A stretch of 64,000 nucleotides of DNA from Gracilinanus agilis (GCF_016433145.1 NC_058136.1:71101724-71165723); one strand, 5' to 3'; counted from the first letter of the stretch, positions 31,301 to 55,746 are shown. The notes: generated by a model not told the origin, from the sequence alone. Translations and numbers: made by a program.

Positions 31301-34300
31301 TCAAAGCACTCACAGAAAGCTGAACTCACATCTTTTCCTGTATGGGTAGTTGCTGTTTTTTAAAACTCTTTCCTAGGGGTAAGGCCAGTCTCCCCACTCA
31401 GACCATAATATGGCCAAGGCCTGGTTCTCTTGCTCCTTCTGTCTCCCCTAATCTTCACTGCCCAGAGCCTGGTTATCCACTCCGCCTAGGACAGCTGCCC
31501 TGCCTCCCCTCCCCAGTCCTGATCCTGCTACTCACCCCGGATAACTCTGTCAAGGCTGAGTTCATTTCCTGGTAACTGGCAGTTGTATTCTGCCGAATAT
31601 CTGCATAATACCTGGGCAGAGGGGGGATATGAAGGAAGGGTCAGCCAGCCCTAGGTCTAATTGAATTTTTTTTTTTAAACCCTTGTACTTCGGTATATTG
31701 TCTCATAGGTGGAAGATTGGTAAGGGTGGGCAATGGGGGTCAAGTGACTTGCCCAGGGTCACACAGCTGGGAAGTGGCTGAGGCCGGGTTTGAACCTAGG
31801 ACCTCCTGTCTCTAGGCCTGACTCTCACTCCACTGAGCTACCCAGCTGCCCCCAGCCCTAGGTCTAATAGGAGCCCCATACGGGCCCTTCCTCAGCTCGA
31901 ATGTCAGCCTCCCAAGGAACAGGCCCAATGTCCTCCTCCCCTCTTGGTAAGCCCTGCTCTATGGGTCAGCCAGCCACTTACTTCTCCACCATCTGCTTGT
32001 ATCGAGGAATCTCCCGGGCATAGAGAAGTTTATTCACAGGAGAGTCCTGCCAGCCCCAGAAAAAAGAAGCACGGACTCAAGATCCAGGCCGAATCCTTAC
32101 TCCACCAGCAGACCCTGGCCACAGTTCCCATTCCCAACACTTCACCCTTGGTTTCTTAGTGCTTCATCCCCCACGGACAACATCTCTCACACTGCTATGC
32201 CATTCTGGGGCATCCCCCAACTTCTCCCAGACCCCCTTCCTAGCTTTCTGAGCCTCCTCCACCACAGACACTCCAACAATGTGTCAAAAACTTCTGGAGA
32301 CGCCATTTCCCCCATTCCTCCTCACCCGGCCCACTTTGTGCTCAGAGATGGTGCAGGAGTCGATGAAGGTTTGAGCGATGACAGTGAGAATAGCATCCAC
32401 ATTGTCTGAGACCCCGACGTCAAAGATGAACTGGGGGTTCTTCAGGGTGTTTACCCAGAAGCGCAGCAGCAGGCTGACAGCAGAGACCAGAGAAGGAACA
32501 ACGTTTTGTTACCTCACTCCAAACCCAAGTTTCCCAGAAATAGAGACACTCATACATTGTCAGTGGATATGAACCCTAGGCAAAATCTCTTGGGAAAGCT
32601 ACCCAGCAGTTTTTTTTTTTAAACCCTTAACTTCTGTGTATTGGCTCCTTGGTGGAAGAGTGGTAAGGGTGGGCGATGGGGGTCAAGTGACTCGCCCAGG
32701 GTCACCCTGCTGGGAAGTGTCCGAGGTCGGATTGGAAGCCAGGACCTCCCGTCTCTAGGCCTGACTCTCCATCTCCTGAGCTACCCAGTTGCCCCCCAGC
32801 AGTTTCTTAAATAAGAATTTGAAGAGCCCGATGATAATGTTGGATCTAGAAGTCCCACAACTGGGCATAGAGACAAAGAATAGAATGATAAATCGTATGG
32901 GGAAAAAAAATCCTTGCTGCATTATTAGTCATTGGAGTCAAGGGTTTGGGTTTAATTTCTGGGGCCCCAATGCTTTGCACAGTAGCAGACTGAAAAGGCA
33001 CTGAATGATGCTCACTGGATAAACGGGCAACTAAGGCACCATAGAGGAAGGGCCAAATGATGGCATTTTGAGGAAACAGAGTATATTATGGCTGCATTAA
33101 AAATGGCAGATATGAGGAACAGAGAAGGACTCTCCTTGGGCATCTCTGTACAGATGAAATGGGCAAAGGGCAGGAAGGGGGCAGCTCAGTTCTTTTTATT
33201 ACAGAGTTCAGATTGGGCTTTATTCTGGTGATTGCTGGGGTGGGAATATTAATTTTATTTATTTATAGCTTAAATACCCCCTCATCTTCCATCTTAGAAT
33301 CAATATTGCATATCGGTTGGTTCCAAGGCAGAAGAGCAGTAAGGGCAAGGCAGTAGGGGTGAAGTGACTTGCCCAGAGTCACACAGCTTAGGAAGGGTCT
33401 GAGGTCAGGTTCCAACCCAAGGGACCTCCCATTTCCAGGCTTGGCTCTCTACCCGCAGAGCCACCTAGCTCACCCTGATATTAAGTTTATAATAAAAAGT
33501 AACTAAAAAACCCTTCCGTGATCAGGGCTGAACATAGCCTCCTGTTGGCTCCAGTGGAGTCCATGAATCATCGTGGAAATTACAGTCATCTGTCCTTCCT
33601 AACGTGGAGGTGGAAAGGAAGCCCCTTCCCCCTTTGGATCCTGGGAGGTATAGAGCTCCTGTGATGGGGAGGGGCATTGAGGGGGCACAAATCCTTTCAT
33701 CATCTTTCTATGACCTGCTTTCCAAGTCTCATCTCCCTCCCCGACTCGGGTGTCCCCCCCCCCCCCCCCCCCAAGATCAAGCAGGTAATCTAGACTTGGG
33801 AGTCAGGATACGTGAGTTCTGGCTTCGGTTCTCTTATTTTCTCTACGATCTTGGCAAATCACCTCACTGCTCTGGGCCTCAGTTTGCCCATCTGTGAAAT
33901 GGTTGGATAGGACCAAATGGTCTAAGGGTCTTTCTGGATCCTCTGGGGTGCCCCTCGAGGTGGGTCCGGACAGAGCTACCTGTTGGTTTTCCAGATATGC
34001 AGGGTTTCTTGGTCCTCGATGCCATATTTGTCTGCCAACTCATCCAAGAAGTCGAATAAATACTTGACTGCAATGGGCACAGGCCGGTCCACACTGAGGA
34101 TGGCTTGGAAGGTATCATCTACAAACTTCTGCAGTGTGCCCTGTGTGGGAGACACGCGACATCCTGTCTGGCATCTTTTGTTTTTTAAAATGTATTCTTA
34201 TTTTTAACCCTCGCCTTCCATCTCTGAATCAATACTGTATATTGACTCTGAGGCAGAGGAGTGGGAAGGGTAGGCAATGGGGGTCAAGTGACTTGCCCAG

Positions 34301-37170
34301 GGTCACCCAGCTGGGAAGTGTCTGAGGCTAGATCGGAACCCAGGACCTCCCATCTCTAGGCCTGACTCTCCATCCAATGAGCCACCCAGCTGTCCCTGGT
34401 ACCTTTAATTTTAATTTAGTTTTTTTTTTTTTCGTGCAACAAATCTCTGTGTGTGTGTGTCTCTCTGTCTCTGTCTCCCTCTCTGACTGTCTCTTTCTCT
34501 CTCTTTCCTCCCTTGCAAATTATAAAAGAAAAATGGGAAACAAGCCTCTGGCGCCAAAGAAATACGCCTATTTTTGCCCAACACTTGTTGGTCGGTCTGG
34601 GTGGCGGCGCAGCTGTTGCTCCATTGGTGGCCCGAACCACTGTATGGGAAAGACCCTGAGCCTGGATGGCCCAAGGCTGGGTGGGTCCCCTTCCCCCTTT
34701 GGGCTCGGCGGCTTAGCTGTGGGAAGCCGATTGCCCTTGGAGCACTGGGTGGGCCGCCCCGTCTGCCCCGCACCCACCTTCATGGACAGTAAGCGCGTGA
34801 GGTAGATTTCCGGGATGGCCTTGGCCCGTTCTCGCTCTCGAAGGCTGCTCCTCCTCTGCTTGGGGACCTCGGGCTCCTCGGTACACTTGACCAGGTGCCA
34901 GAGCCGGATGCCGCTCTCGTCTCCGTCCTCCAGCATGGGTAAGCCTGAGGGGGCACAGCCCACGTGGAGGGAGACTGGGAGCAGGGGCGGCCCGAATGGA
35001 TGCCCAGGGCCTTTGGCATTGCCAGCACGGGCCAAGCCTGGGCACAGTTCTTGGACCCTCCCAGCCGCATCGCACCTACTTTCCCTCTCCTCCTTGGTTC
35101 AGCCCATGCCACGAGGCTAATGAGGCTGATTAGATAATTAGTACAGAGTCCTTTTAGGAGGAAGAGAACGAGCAGCCACGTGCCCACGCTCCTCTCTCCC
35201 CGTAACTTGTCTTGGGCTCAGCCAGAGAGACTTGGCGGGGATGATCCACCGTCCCTGTCTAGTTCTTCCCCCACAGGCCCTCTTCTCCCAGCATCCCCTG
35301 CTTCGTGCACCCCCCGTCCATGAAGGCATCTCCCCTCGCAGCCTGGGGGTGGGGGCTCCGGGGAGCGGGGCTGCCACTTACTCTCTCCAGACAGAAAACT
35401 CTGATTGGGGCTCTTGGAGAGGCCATTCCCGTTGTGCATTCGGGGGATGAGTCCCACAGTGGCTCCATCCGGGACCTACCGAGAGGGAGAGGGGAGCAAG
35501 GCCAAGCTGCTGGGGGCAAGGACCAAAGAAAGGCCCAGCTCTGGCTCCCGCCCCGGCTGCGCCCTCCCCAGCACCTTGTAATGCTGCAAAGTGTTGAGTC
35601 TTTTCCACTGATTCTGGGTCACGGAAGTCAAATCCTCATCTGACAGGGTCAGGTGGCCAGCCAGCCCTGAACGCCACTCTGGAGAAAGGAGGGGGAAGGG
35701 GGATGGAGAGAAGAGTCTGAGAGCTTCTCGGCGGGCAGCCCGCAACCCCTTTAACAAGAAGAACTCGGCCCCGGCCCGCCTCAGAGCTGGATCCGGGGCG
35801 CCTGGGTCCCTTGGTCGTCCAGGGGTCTGTTCTTCGGTAGGAGAACGAGGGCCCTCATCCCCTCGCTCGTTCAAAGGTTCCCCGTGGACTGTTCCATGAC
35901 CTCGGCACCAAACGAGCTTTGCGGCTTCCCAGTAAGCCCATTCCGTGGATCCGTCCCGTTGCCCTTCCCCCATGCCTTCAGCTCTCCTGTCTGTCTGTCT
36001 GTCCCGACAGGAATTACCCTGCTAAACTCGGCTCGTTCCCAGGCCCCAGGCTTCTCCCCACCCCAGCCTGCCCACAGAGGCTTCGCTGGACACTGTCTGC
36101 CCCACTCGGGCCACTCCGTGGCCTGGCGGGCACTGCTGTCCCTGGAGGGCAGGGGGTGGAGGGTGGCTCACCAAGGTCCAGGGCATGCACTGAAGGCCTC
36201 TGGGAGAAGGGCGTGCCCTTGTAGACCTGGTCTAGCACCTTCTCCTTGACCTGAGTGATGGTGTCGGTGTTGAGCACTCGGGCGGGCACTCGTTGCAGCT
36301 CGGCCGTGCCAGCCCCAGACCCTACCAGCACGGTCAGGGTCAGGGGCCAGAATTCCACGTCCTCCCGCAGAAGCCTGCTGTCGTTCAAGGTCCGCTTTGC
36401 CTTGCCCGTCACCGCATCCACAGGGCCCTTGTCCACCTGGTACTTGATGGCCCGGAAGAGCATGTACAAGGGCTCCCCTGCCACCTCCTAGGAGCAGGAG
36501 AGAGAAGAGAGAGCATCAGGACGCCGAAGCACTGGCTCATGGGATCCTAGAAATGGAGAGGCATCCCCAGGCAACACGCTTTGGTCAATGGGAGGTGAAG
36601 ATCCGAGGAGGTGGGAGGCAGCCCGCTGGCTCAGTGGTCTTGGGCTCCGATGTGGCCTCAGACACTTCCCGGCTGGGTGACCCTGGACGAGTCACTTCCC
36701 CCACCCCCGTAGCCCAGCCCTTCCCGCTCTTCCGCCTCGGAGCCAATGCTTAAGCTTTTGGCCGGACAGAGAGGAGAGTCCTTAGCCTTGTGCGTGGGCT
36801 GAGGCTGCTTCACCTTCAGGAAGGAGTAGAGGCAGATGGACATCCAGTTGGTGAGTAGTTTTTCCACCATGGTCTCAGTCCTGTGGGGAAAGAGGGCCGA
36901 GACCGTGAGAGGGCGGCCCAGGCGGCGCCACGATCCCCGGAGAGCCCCGAGACGGGCTGCCCAGGGCGGGCACGGGCCGGGCCCTCCGTACCTGCGAAGC
37001 ATCAGCTTGGGGTTCTTGTGGACATACTGGGCCGCGAGGTCGTTGAGCAGCGTCTTCATGATGTCCGTCAGGTATTCCAGCTTGCCGTGGAGCGCCAGGG
37101 ACAGCAGCGAGGCCACGTAGCACCGGTCGCGCTGGGAGAACGTGGGCTGGTCCTCCAAGGTGTGGATAAA
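28318..37170 (-). CDS. PLXNB3: Plexin-B3, last 12 exons only (cytoplasmic GAP/RBD region, 518 aa); 5' exons absent
   Basis: Exons 5'->3': 37170-36992 ([38 protein letters not shown]..), 36880-36814, 36487-36172 ([31 protein letters not shown]..), 35678-35575, 35475-35382, 34944-34778 (..[16 protein letters not shown]), 34140-33980 ([14 protein letters not shown]), 32473-32326 (LLLRFWVN..), 32046-31982, 31611-31536, 28946-28872, 28422-28318 (..[10 protein letters not shown]). 1557 nt, open frame. Neighbour SRPK3 fits PLXNB3 rather than PLXNB1/2. Confidence 0.94.
29340..31150. mobile_element. Cluster of SINE and L1 fragments in the penultimate-region PLXNB3 intron
   Basis: SINE(-) about 29340-29520, L1 3'(-) about 29540-30170, (TTTA)n 30190-30285, SINE(-) about 30285-30450, MIR about 30530-30600, L1 3'(+) about 30640-31150. 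Confidence 0.7.
31662..31852 (-). mobile_element. Young CORE-SINE with 16-bp TSD
   Basis: TSD CAGCCCTAGGTCTAAT at 31646-31661 and 31853-31868; two differences from the copy at 10648. Confidence 0.95.
32610..32795 (-). mobile_element. CORE-SINE, short-tail variant
   Basis: Tail 'aacccttaacttctgtgtattggctccttggtggaagag' shared with the copy at 54692. Confidence 0.88.
33270..33475 (-). mobile_element. CORE-SINE
   Basis: Full-tail copy. Boundaries approximate. Confidence 0.82.
34200..34395 (-). mobile_element. CORE-SINE
   Basis: Full-tail copy. Boundaries approximate. Confidence 0.85.
36615..36785 (+). mobile_element. CORE-SINE with GC-shifted sequence
   Basis: 'cctcagacacttcccggctgggtgaccctggacgagtcactt..cagcccttcccgctcttccgcctcggagccaat'. 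Confidence 0.8.
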
Positions 37171-37259
37171 CTTGGCAAGAGAAAGGGAGGCCGCGGCGTC
37201 AGCGTCTTTCCCAGCAACCCCGCCGCCAGCCCGGAGGGGGAGCCCAACTTTCCCTTTTT

Positions 37260-37410
37260 TTTTTTTTTTAAACCCTTCCCTTCCCTTTTAGAATCCATAC
37301 TGCAGCGGAAGAGCCTGCTGGGGGATGGCAGTGAAGTGACTGGCCCAGGGTCACGCAGCCCGGAAGTGCCTGAGGCCTCCCTTCTCTCCATCCACTGAGC
37401 TGCCCCCTCC
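37260..37410 (-). mobile_element. CORE-SINE with GC-shifted sequence
   Basis: 'aaacccttccc..gtgactggcccagggtcacgcagcccggaagtgcctgagg..ccactgagctgcccc'. Confidence 0.8.
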
Positions 37411-37739
37411 CCCAGCCCGGCCGGATCTTTGCAGGCCCCGAGGAATCCGCAAAAGTGAATGAGAAAGAAAAAGTGCTGGAGATGGAAGGAGTCCAGGCTT
37501 AGCCTGAGGGGCGCCATGGTTAGGCTACCCTCGGCCTCTCCCCAGCTTTAGGGGCCCGGATCCCTCCGCCAGAAGTTGGCCAGGAGCCTTCACTGAGGGA
37601 CTACCCGGGCTCTTAGCTCTTACTGGAGCCCAGAGGCGAGATGTGCGCTCCCTCCCTCCCTCCCCAATCACATGCATAATTGATCTGGCTAGTATAGACA
37701 ATACATGCAGAAAGGCAAAAATTAGATCGTCTTCACATA

Positions 37740-38239
37740 ACACACACATATATAGTCATCACAGAATAGACACAGATTCCATATAGCCATCATATACTAT
37801 AGAAACATAAGTCTACATTTGCCATATAATATAGGAGTATATCACAGCATGCATAAATGTACTTACACAATGTATTCTAGAAAATATATTCATGTGTATC
37901 ACATCCTATAGGGTTATTGTATCGTATATGTATGAACTGATGCTTATCGGCTATAAATGTCTGGTTAAAATTGTATACACTGTTATATTACACATTTTTA
38001 TATTTGTTATATTACATATAAATAGATTTCTGTAGTTATACTTATTTTATGTAACATGTCTGTGTATTTACATTTTTACATATTTAGCATATGACTTATA
38101 AATATATGCATATATGTATAGATTCATATATGTATTATATGTAAAGATATATTTGTATATTTCTTGTTATATATCTCATATACATGTGTATATGTAATAT
38201 ATACACATAATATACATACATATATGTATAGATTCATAT
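37740..38239. repeat. AT-rich low-complexity (TA/TACA/TATG) tract at a contig end
   Basis: Degenerate TA-rich sequence running into the gap. Confidence 0.85.
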
Positions 38240-38739
38240 NNNNNNNNNNNNNNNNNNNNNNNNNNNNNNNNNNNNNNNNNNNNNNNNNNNNNNNNNNNNN
38301 NNNNNNNNNNNNNNNNNNNNNNNNNNNNNNNNNNNNNNNNNNNNNNNNNNNNNNNNNNNNNNNNNNNNNNNNNNNNNNNNNNNNNNNNNNNNNNNNNNNN
38401 NNNNNNNNNNNNNNNNNNNNNNNNNNNNNNNNNNNNNNNNNNNNNNNNNNNNNNNNNNNNNNNNNNNNNNNNNNNNNNNNNNNNNNNNNNNNNNNNNNNN
38501 NNNNNNNNNNNNNNNNNNNNNNNNNNNNNNNNNNNNNNNNNNNNNNNNNNNNNNNNNNNNNNNNNNNNNNNNNNNNNNNNNNNNNNNNNNNNNNNNNNNN
38601 NNNNNNNNNNNNNNNNNNNNNNNNNNNNNNNNNNNNNNNNNNNNNNNNNNNNNNNNNNNNNNNNNNNNNNNNNNNNNNNNNNNNNNNNNNNNNNNNNNNN
38701 NNNNNNNNNNNNNNNNNNNNNNNNNNNNNNNNNNNNNNN
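38240..38739. other. Assembly gap of exactly 500 N (probable scaffolding join)
   Basis: Counted 500 N. Fixed 500-N spacers are a convention of several Hi-C scaffolders. Confidence 0.95.
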
Positions 38740-38783
38740 CCCCCCAGCCCAGCCCAGCCCAGCCCTGCCCTAGTAGCGGGGCC

Positions 38784-49919
<11,136 letters not shown>

Positions 49920-50240
49920 CCTGCCCGGGGTGGGGGGGGGCAGGAAGGGGGCACCTGCCTCCGCCCTGAGTGCCCAAAGCCAACAGGGAGAGACGGCCAG
50001 TGCTCTCCCTCTTTTGCCTACCCACCCCTCACCAGCCTCCCTTCTTGTAGCCATAGTAAAACCCCCTCTCACTCCTTTCAACCCCCCTCACTGAGACCCT
50101 GGGGAGGGGGAGCCTTTTCTGTATGATCCTGAATAGAGGGGACCCGGGTCAGGCTGGGGCCACAGTACGGTGTATGCGTGCTTGAGTTCAACTGGTCTTT
50201 TCTTTCTTTTTTTAAGATAAAACACCAAAAAAAAAGTAGA

Positions 50241-50271
<31 letters not shown>

Positions 50272-51563
50272 CTACCCACCAAATCAAGACCCCACCCCAC
50301 CCATGGCACCTAGTCTAGTTGGTGGCAAAGTGAGAGCTTTCCGCCTACCCGAACCCCCTTCCCCCGCTCGGGGAGCAGGGACCTGTTCCCCTTAGGTCCT
50401 CCCAACAGAGGAGCCACCCCTCCTATCAAGCCTTTTTTTTTTTTTTAAATTTTGGTGGATGGGACTCTCTCTGTCTCTGTCTCTCTCTCTGTCTCTCAGA
50501 CCTCCTGGGCCTCAACTCCAATCAGGTCCCCTCCCATCCTACGTGGGAGCCAGCTGCACCTTGTGTGTAAGGGGGGCAACCAATTTGAGTCCATTCCCCA
50601 CCCCCTTTCCCCCCCAGATCATGCTAGTTGGGAGAGCTTGTTGGGTGGGAGTCACCCCTCGAGCCCCAATCCCCCCAGATTCCGGTGTGTGTGCGTGCAT
50701 GGGTGGGTGGGTGGCGTGACTGCGTGCGCATGTGTACATATATACAGTGGTTATATATATATACAGTATATAGCTATATACAATCCGTGTATATACAGTA
50801 TATATATATCTATATATATGGGATTGAGAGTACCAGGTGTAAATTATGCCCGCGGGCAAAGAAGACTTGTATTTTGCACATTTTGTAAAAACTCTAAAGA
50901 GAAGAGTGATTTCTGCCTGTATATTTCTAAAAAGAGACACAACCCTCCTCCACCCCAGCCCCAAGAGAGCTTGATAGAGATCTAATTTTGTTAGAAAAAA
51001 AAAAAGCTGAAAAAAAAAAAAAAGCCTCCCATCCTGGTTCTGTCACAGGTTTCGGTCCTCCGGCCCTTCTGCCTCAAGCCGCCACCTAGAGTGGCGAGGG
51101 GAGTCCCAGTCCGGGAGGCTGGATGCCTGTTTCTGCCCCCTCCCCGGCGATGCTGCCTGCCTGTGGCATGGTGCCCAGTATTCTAGGTCTCGAGGCCTGG
51201 AGGGAAGGGGTGTCTCCCAAAACACCAGCCTGGCACAGCCCATGGTGCCACTGTCCAGATTCATCCCTCCCCATTCTGGCCCCTTCCCTGAATGGCATCC
51301 CAGGAAGGGGAGGGTAGTAGATCTGGGGAAGAAAGGGGCACCCTCGGGTGCCTCAGAGATAACCCCTGCCAGTGTGCCCCCCTTCTATGTCTGATGCACT
51401 TTGCATATACTTTCCAGTCTTCCACATAGAAGCTTTAACCCTCTTTGTCTGTGTCAAAAACTCTCGACAGCCAAAATGGGCCCCTGCGGAGACCGTTCCC
51501 GCTCCCAAGTCTTGGGGGGCCCTGGGACATTGTGACTGCTAAAAAGCCACCTGCAAACATAGC

Positions 51564-51569
51564 AATAAA
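51564..51569 (+). terminator. SLC6A8: SLC6A8 polyadenylation signal AATAAA
   Basis: AATAAA about 1.65 kb after the stop, followed by T-rich sequence. Confidence 0.7.
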
Positions 51570-54419
51570 GACATGTCATTTTTCAAACGGCTGCTCTCTT
51601 TGCTTCGGCGCCACCCAAGTGGGAGGAGGGTGCCAGGCGAGTGTCCATGCCACCCTGATCCAATCTCCTAGGCCTCTCCTCCCTCCGTGTACTCTGGTTG
51701 CTCTGGCCCGAGTTCCAAGATGATCTCACGGCTCCCAGATAGCCGACCCTAATCAACAACTGGGCATCTGCATCCAGATGTCACATCAGCATCCCAAAGC
51801 CAACTACTGGGGCTTAGCCCAGCCTCAGTCGCCTCAACTCCTTAGGTCAAGCCCCCCCTTCTCATCCTCCCAATTTCGCCTCCTTGCCAACCTCTGCTCC
51901 AGACTTTCCATCGGTTCCCGCCCACGTTTCCAGGTCTGAAAGGCCACAGGGCCCCATCCAACTGGCCTGGTTGTTCCCCGTTTCCTGGGCTCTGCTAGTG
52001 ACACTCCTCCCTTCCCTGTTCACTTAGGTTTCTGGCCTATTTCTTGACTTTTGGGGTTGGGCGGGCTCTGCTCACCCAAACGGCCTGCCCTCTGGTCTTT
52101 ACCTGCCCCCTCAAGGCAGAGACCACAGCCACTCCTCTCCAATGGAGAGCAATGAAGCTGCCAGCTTGGCACCTGATCTTGTATCCTGTGCTATCTCAGG
52201 GTCACTCCATCTTCAAGGCCTACTGCCAGGGCTCCCGCCCAGAGTTTTGAAGTTGTTGAGAGGAGTAGGTTGGGGTAGGCCCAGTGAAACTGCTCACTGC
52301 ACTATGCCATCTGCCCTCTGAGGAGACCACCTCTGGGCAGCCGTGCCCAAACTGTCCATTTCCTGCCTTTGTCCTCAGATTAGCCCCTACTTTCCCCATC
52401 GTCCCTTCTCTTTGGATCCCTGGCGAAGTCCCTGGCATACGGTAGGTGCCTAATAAAAGTAGAATTGTAAACACAAACCCTTTTAACTGGGTTGGATCTC
52501 TACAATCTATTCCAGATTGAAATCTTGTGACTTGGCACCCGTTCGCCCCGTGGGCAGACTGAAATGAAGCCTAGGGCTGGATTTAGCCCAAGGACCCTTG
52601 GGCTCTCCCATCCCTGCTGATAAACATGCCTTGCTCGGATTGTGGGTTTCCCCTTCTATGTCATGGGCAAGTTGGCGCCCCGCCGCTCCCCATTTGGATG
52701 TCACCTTCGAGACGGGAATGGCTCTTTAAAGGCCCCCTCAAAGAAGGTGGAGGGATTTGACCAAAGGCCAAGCTTCCGAGAGCTCGTTGGCCCTTCTAGT
52801 GGGGAACTACTCTACCCTGTCTCCACACTATCTCCACAGCTCGCGGCTCAGGTAAACTTCCCTGAGCGCCCCAACCTCTCCATGCCCCTAATTTTGGAAG
52901 TGCTGCCCGATGTGCCCTGAACTGAACCCTTTCAAGGACAGAGACTGTGGGAAAGAACCCTCAACTGGATGCCACTTCTGGCTCTTCCACAAATGAATGG
53001 GATGACCTTGGGTAGGTCCCTAAACTCTCCTGGGGCCTCAGCCCCCCATTGATAAAATAAGCGTAGCCCTGTTTTCCCCCACTAGTCTGGCCAGAGGGGA
53101 GAGGAAGGAAGGGACACAAAGTACCTCCCCCATCATAGCTTATCCTGGGTAGTAAGTGGAGCCTAATATTTTACTGAATCGAATCGAGTCACTTGAAGTC
53201 TTAGCCTCAGTTTCCTCATCCTCCATCAGGGTCGTTGTGAAGTACACAAGAGCTAACACTTAAGGCACTTTGCAGAACTTAAAAGTGTTCTTCTTACTAC
53301 TAGTTTAAAACCCTTACTTAAGAGCTAGCCAATTGGGGTTTGCCCAGGGTCACACAGCTAGGAATATTTGAACCCAGGACTTTCTGTCTCCAGGCCTGGC
53401 TTTCTGTCCAACGAGCCACCTCGCGGCCCTTTGCTGATTATTATCGAACTGGTTGTTCCCTCCCTTTTGGTATTTGCTTTGGAGAAATCCAAGTATATTT
53501 AGAGAAAACCCAAATTGCTAGCCAGGGATTCCCAAGGAGCCTCCGGTCCCATTCCATGGAGCGGGCACCCTCACGGCCTCCAGTTCCCAGGCCACGCCAC
53601 CACTGCTTGACCTAGATACTTCCAGTGCACACTAGAACAGAATGACCAGCTTCCTACCGTCCTTATGGATTGTGAATGGAAGGGGGCGGGGGTAGTCATC
53701 CCTTTAGATATAAACTAACCCCACGGCCTGGCATCTTGCCCCCTCCAACCCACCTGGTACCCTCCCACGAGGTTCTTCTCTCACCCCCAAACTTCCAGGA
53801 TGGCCAAGGGCCCGAGGCCAAAGCGCCTCTGTCTTCGGCACTTTGAGGTTCTCTCTGATCTAGTGCCAGTCCTCCATCTAGGCAATCCTGCTGGCCAAAA
53901 TCCCCAACCAGCCCAGCTCCCCCAAACTTCCTTAATTAAGGTCCGGCTCCATCGGCCTTCCCCCGACTCCATCAGACCCCAGACAATTTCTCAGTTCTCT
54001 AAAGTATACGATCCAAGGAAGGAAGGAAAGCAGTTAACCCTAAGCCTTGATTCCTTTGGGGTACAGTAGCAAGACCAAGGAACAGCTGGGAAGGCAGATT
54101 CCAGGCCTGAAGCTGCTGCTCCCAAAGCACAAAAGCTCTCTGGTTCACCCTCCCCCGAAGGGGAATCTCTTCTCCCAAATCCTCAACAGGTGCTCCCCCA
54201 ATCAGTGCTCGACCTGCCCCCAAGCTGGAAGTCGGTTCCTTTGGAGAACAGGCCTATCTCACTTAGGGCCAGCTTAAGGGAAGTTAGATCAATCATGGAG
54301 ACAAATCGAGAAAGTCTAGACAACCCCGCTAAGTGTTCCTTCGGGCAGGTTAAATCACCCATCCCTCTCCCTTCTCTTCTTCTAGTTCAGTCTGTCCACC
54401 TCTTCAGTGACCTCATCTG

Positions 54420-55058
54420 GGGTTCTTGGCAAAGATCCTGCAGTGGTTTGCCATTTCCTTCTCCAGTTCATTTTACAGATGAGGAGATCAAGGCAAACAG
54501 ACTTAAGCAATTTGCCCAGGGTCACAAAGCTAGTGCCTGAGGCTGGATTTGAACTCAGATCTCCTGGATCCAGACCCAGCGGTCCACCACTGTGCCACCT
54601 AGTTGCCCAAGTTTCTTGTTTTAGCACCTCAGAAGAGAATTGCCTTCTTTTAAGACTTAGTCACCACCTAAGTCCCCAGAGCCCCCCTAGTTGTTTTTTT
54701 TTTTTTTTAACCCTTAACTTCTGTGTATTGGCTCCTTGGTGGAAGAGTGGTAAGGGTAGGCAATGCAGGTCAAGTGACTTGCCCAGGGTCACACAGCTGG
54801 GAAGTGTCTGAGGCCAGCTTTGAACCCAAGACCTCCCATCTCTAGGCCTGACTCTCAATCCCCTGAGCTAACCAGCTGCCCCGCCCCCTTCTGTCTTAGA
54901 ATTGGTTCCAAGGCAGAAGAGAGGTATGGGTTAGGCAATGGGGGTGAAGTGACTTGTCCAGGGTCCCACCGCTAGAAGTGTCTGAGGCCAGATTGGAACT
55001 CAGGGCCCCCCATCTCTAGGCCTGGCTCTCTATCCACCGAGCCACCCCGCTGCCCCCC
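54420..55058 (-). mobile_element. MIR (about 54420-54610) plus two tandem/nested CORE-SINEs (54692-54882, 54885-55058)
   Basis: Three successive SINE cores on the minus strand. Confidence 0.8.
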
Positions 55059-55740
55059 AACATCCAGTTTTTAAATGCTTTCATGAAAGGCATCCAGATT
55101 CAAGAAATGAGCTGGTTCAGTAAACAGAGCTGTTCGTTGGGATTTGGGAACTCTGGTGAGAGAGCCTTCAGAATGAGGATCGCCAAAGGATGACTGGCTG
55201 TGCCCATCTCCAATCCCGGATGGCAGAAGGCCCGAGACCCATGGTAGGTGGACGCCAAAGAAATCTCCTTTCCTACAGCGTTAAGCAGGCTTAATACCTA
55301 CTGCCCCAGGGGAAAGAAACAAAAACAAAAGCTCATCCCCAAGATGGCTGTTTAGGGAAGTGCCAGCCAGGGCTCTGCCCTTGGCCCCTCCCCCTGGGGC
55401 CACTGCTCCCATCCCAGAGGAAGCTGGTGGGGAAGGCTGGATCCAGGAGCATCACCCTGCCAAGTGAACCTCTACTGCAATAGCATAGACCCACCAGAAA
55501 GGAGTCATGTGAACTCGGGCTCTTCTCCCCTCTATCCTGCAAAGAGCAGGCCCCCTACAAAGGGCAAATGAGGCACTGCACAGGGGGGTGTGGGAAGAGA
55601 GGGCACTTGATTCCCGTCCCCGGGTGAAGGGCGGGGATCCGAAAGGGCCCTTTGGACTTAACAGCCCCTCTGTCCAGAGCGAGTCTTCTCTCCAAGAAGT
55701 CGCAGCAGCCACACCGGTCAAGTCGCTTTGATTAACAAAG

Positions 55741-55746
55741 TTTATT
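55741..55746 (-). terminator. BCAP31: BCAP31 polyadenylation signal (TTTATT on +)
   Basis: AATAAA on minus about 630 nt past the stop. Confidence 0.7.

Noticed and set aside
50245-50270. A-run in the SLC6A8 3' UTR as a retroposon tail or poly(A) site
   Set aside because: No element body or TSD upstream; a simple homopolymer that could cause internal oligo-dT priming.
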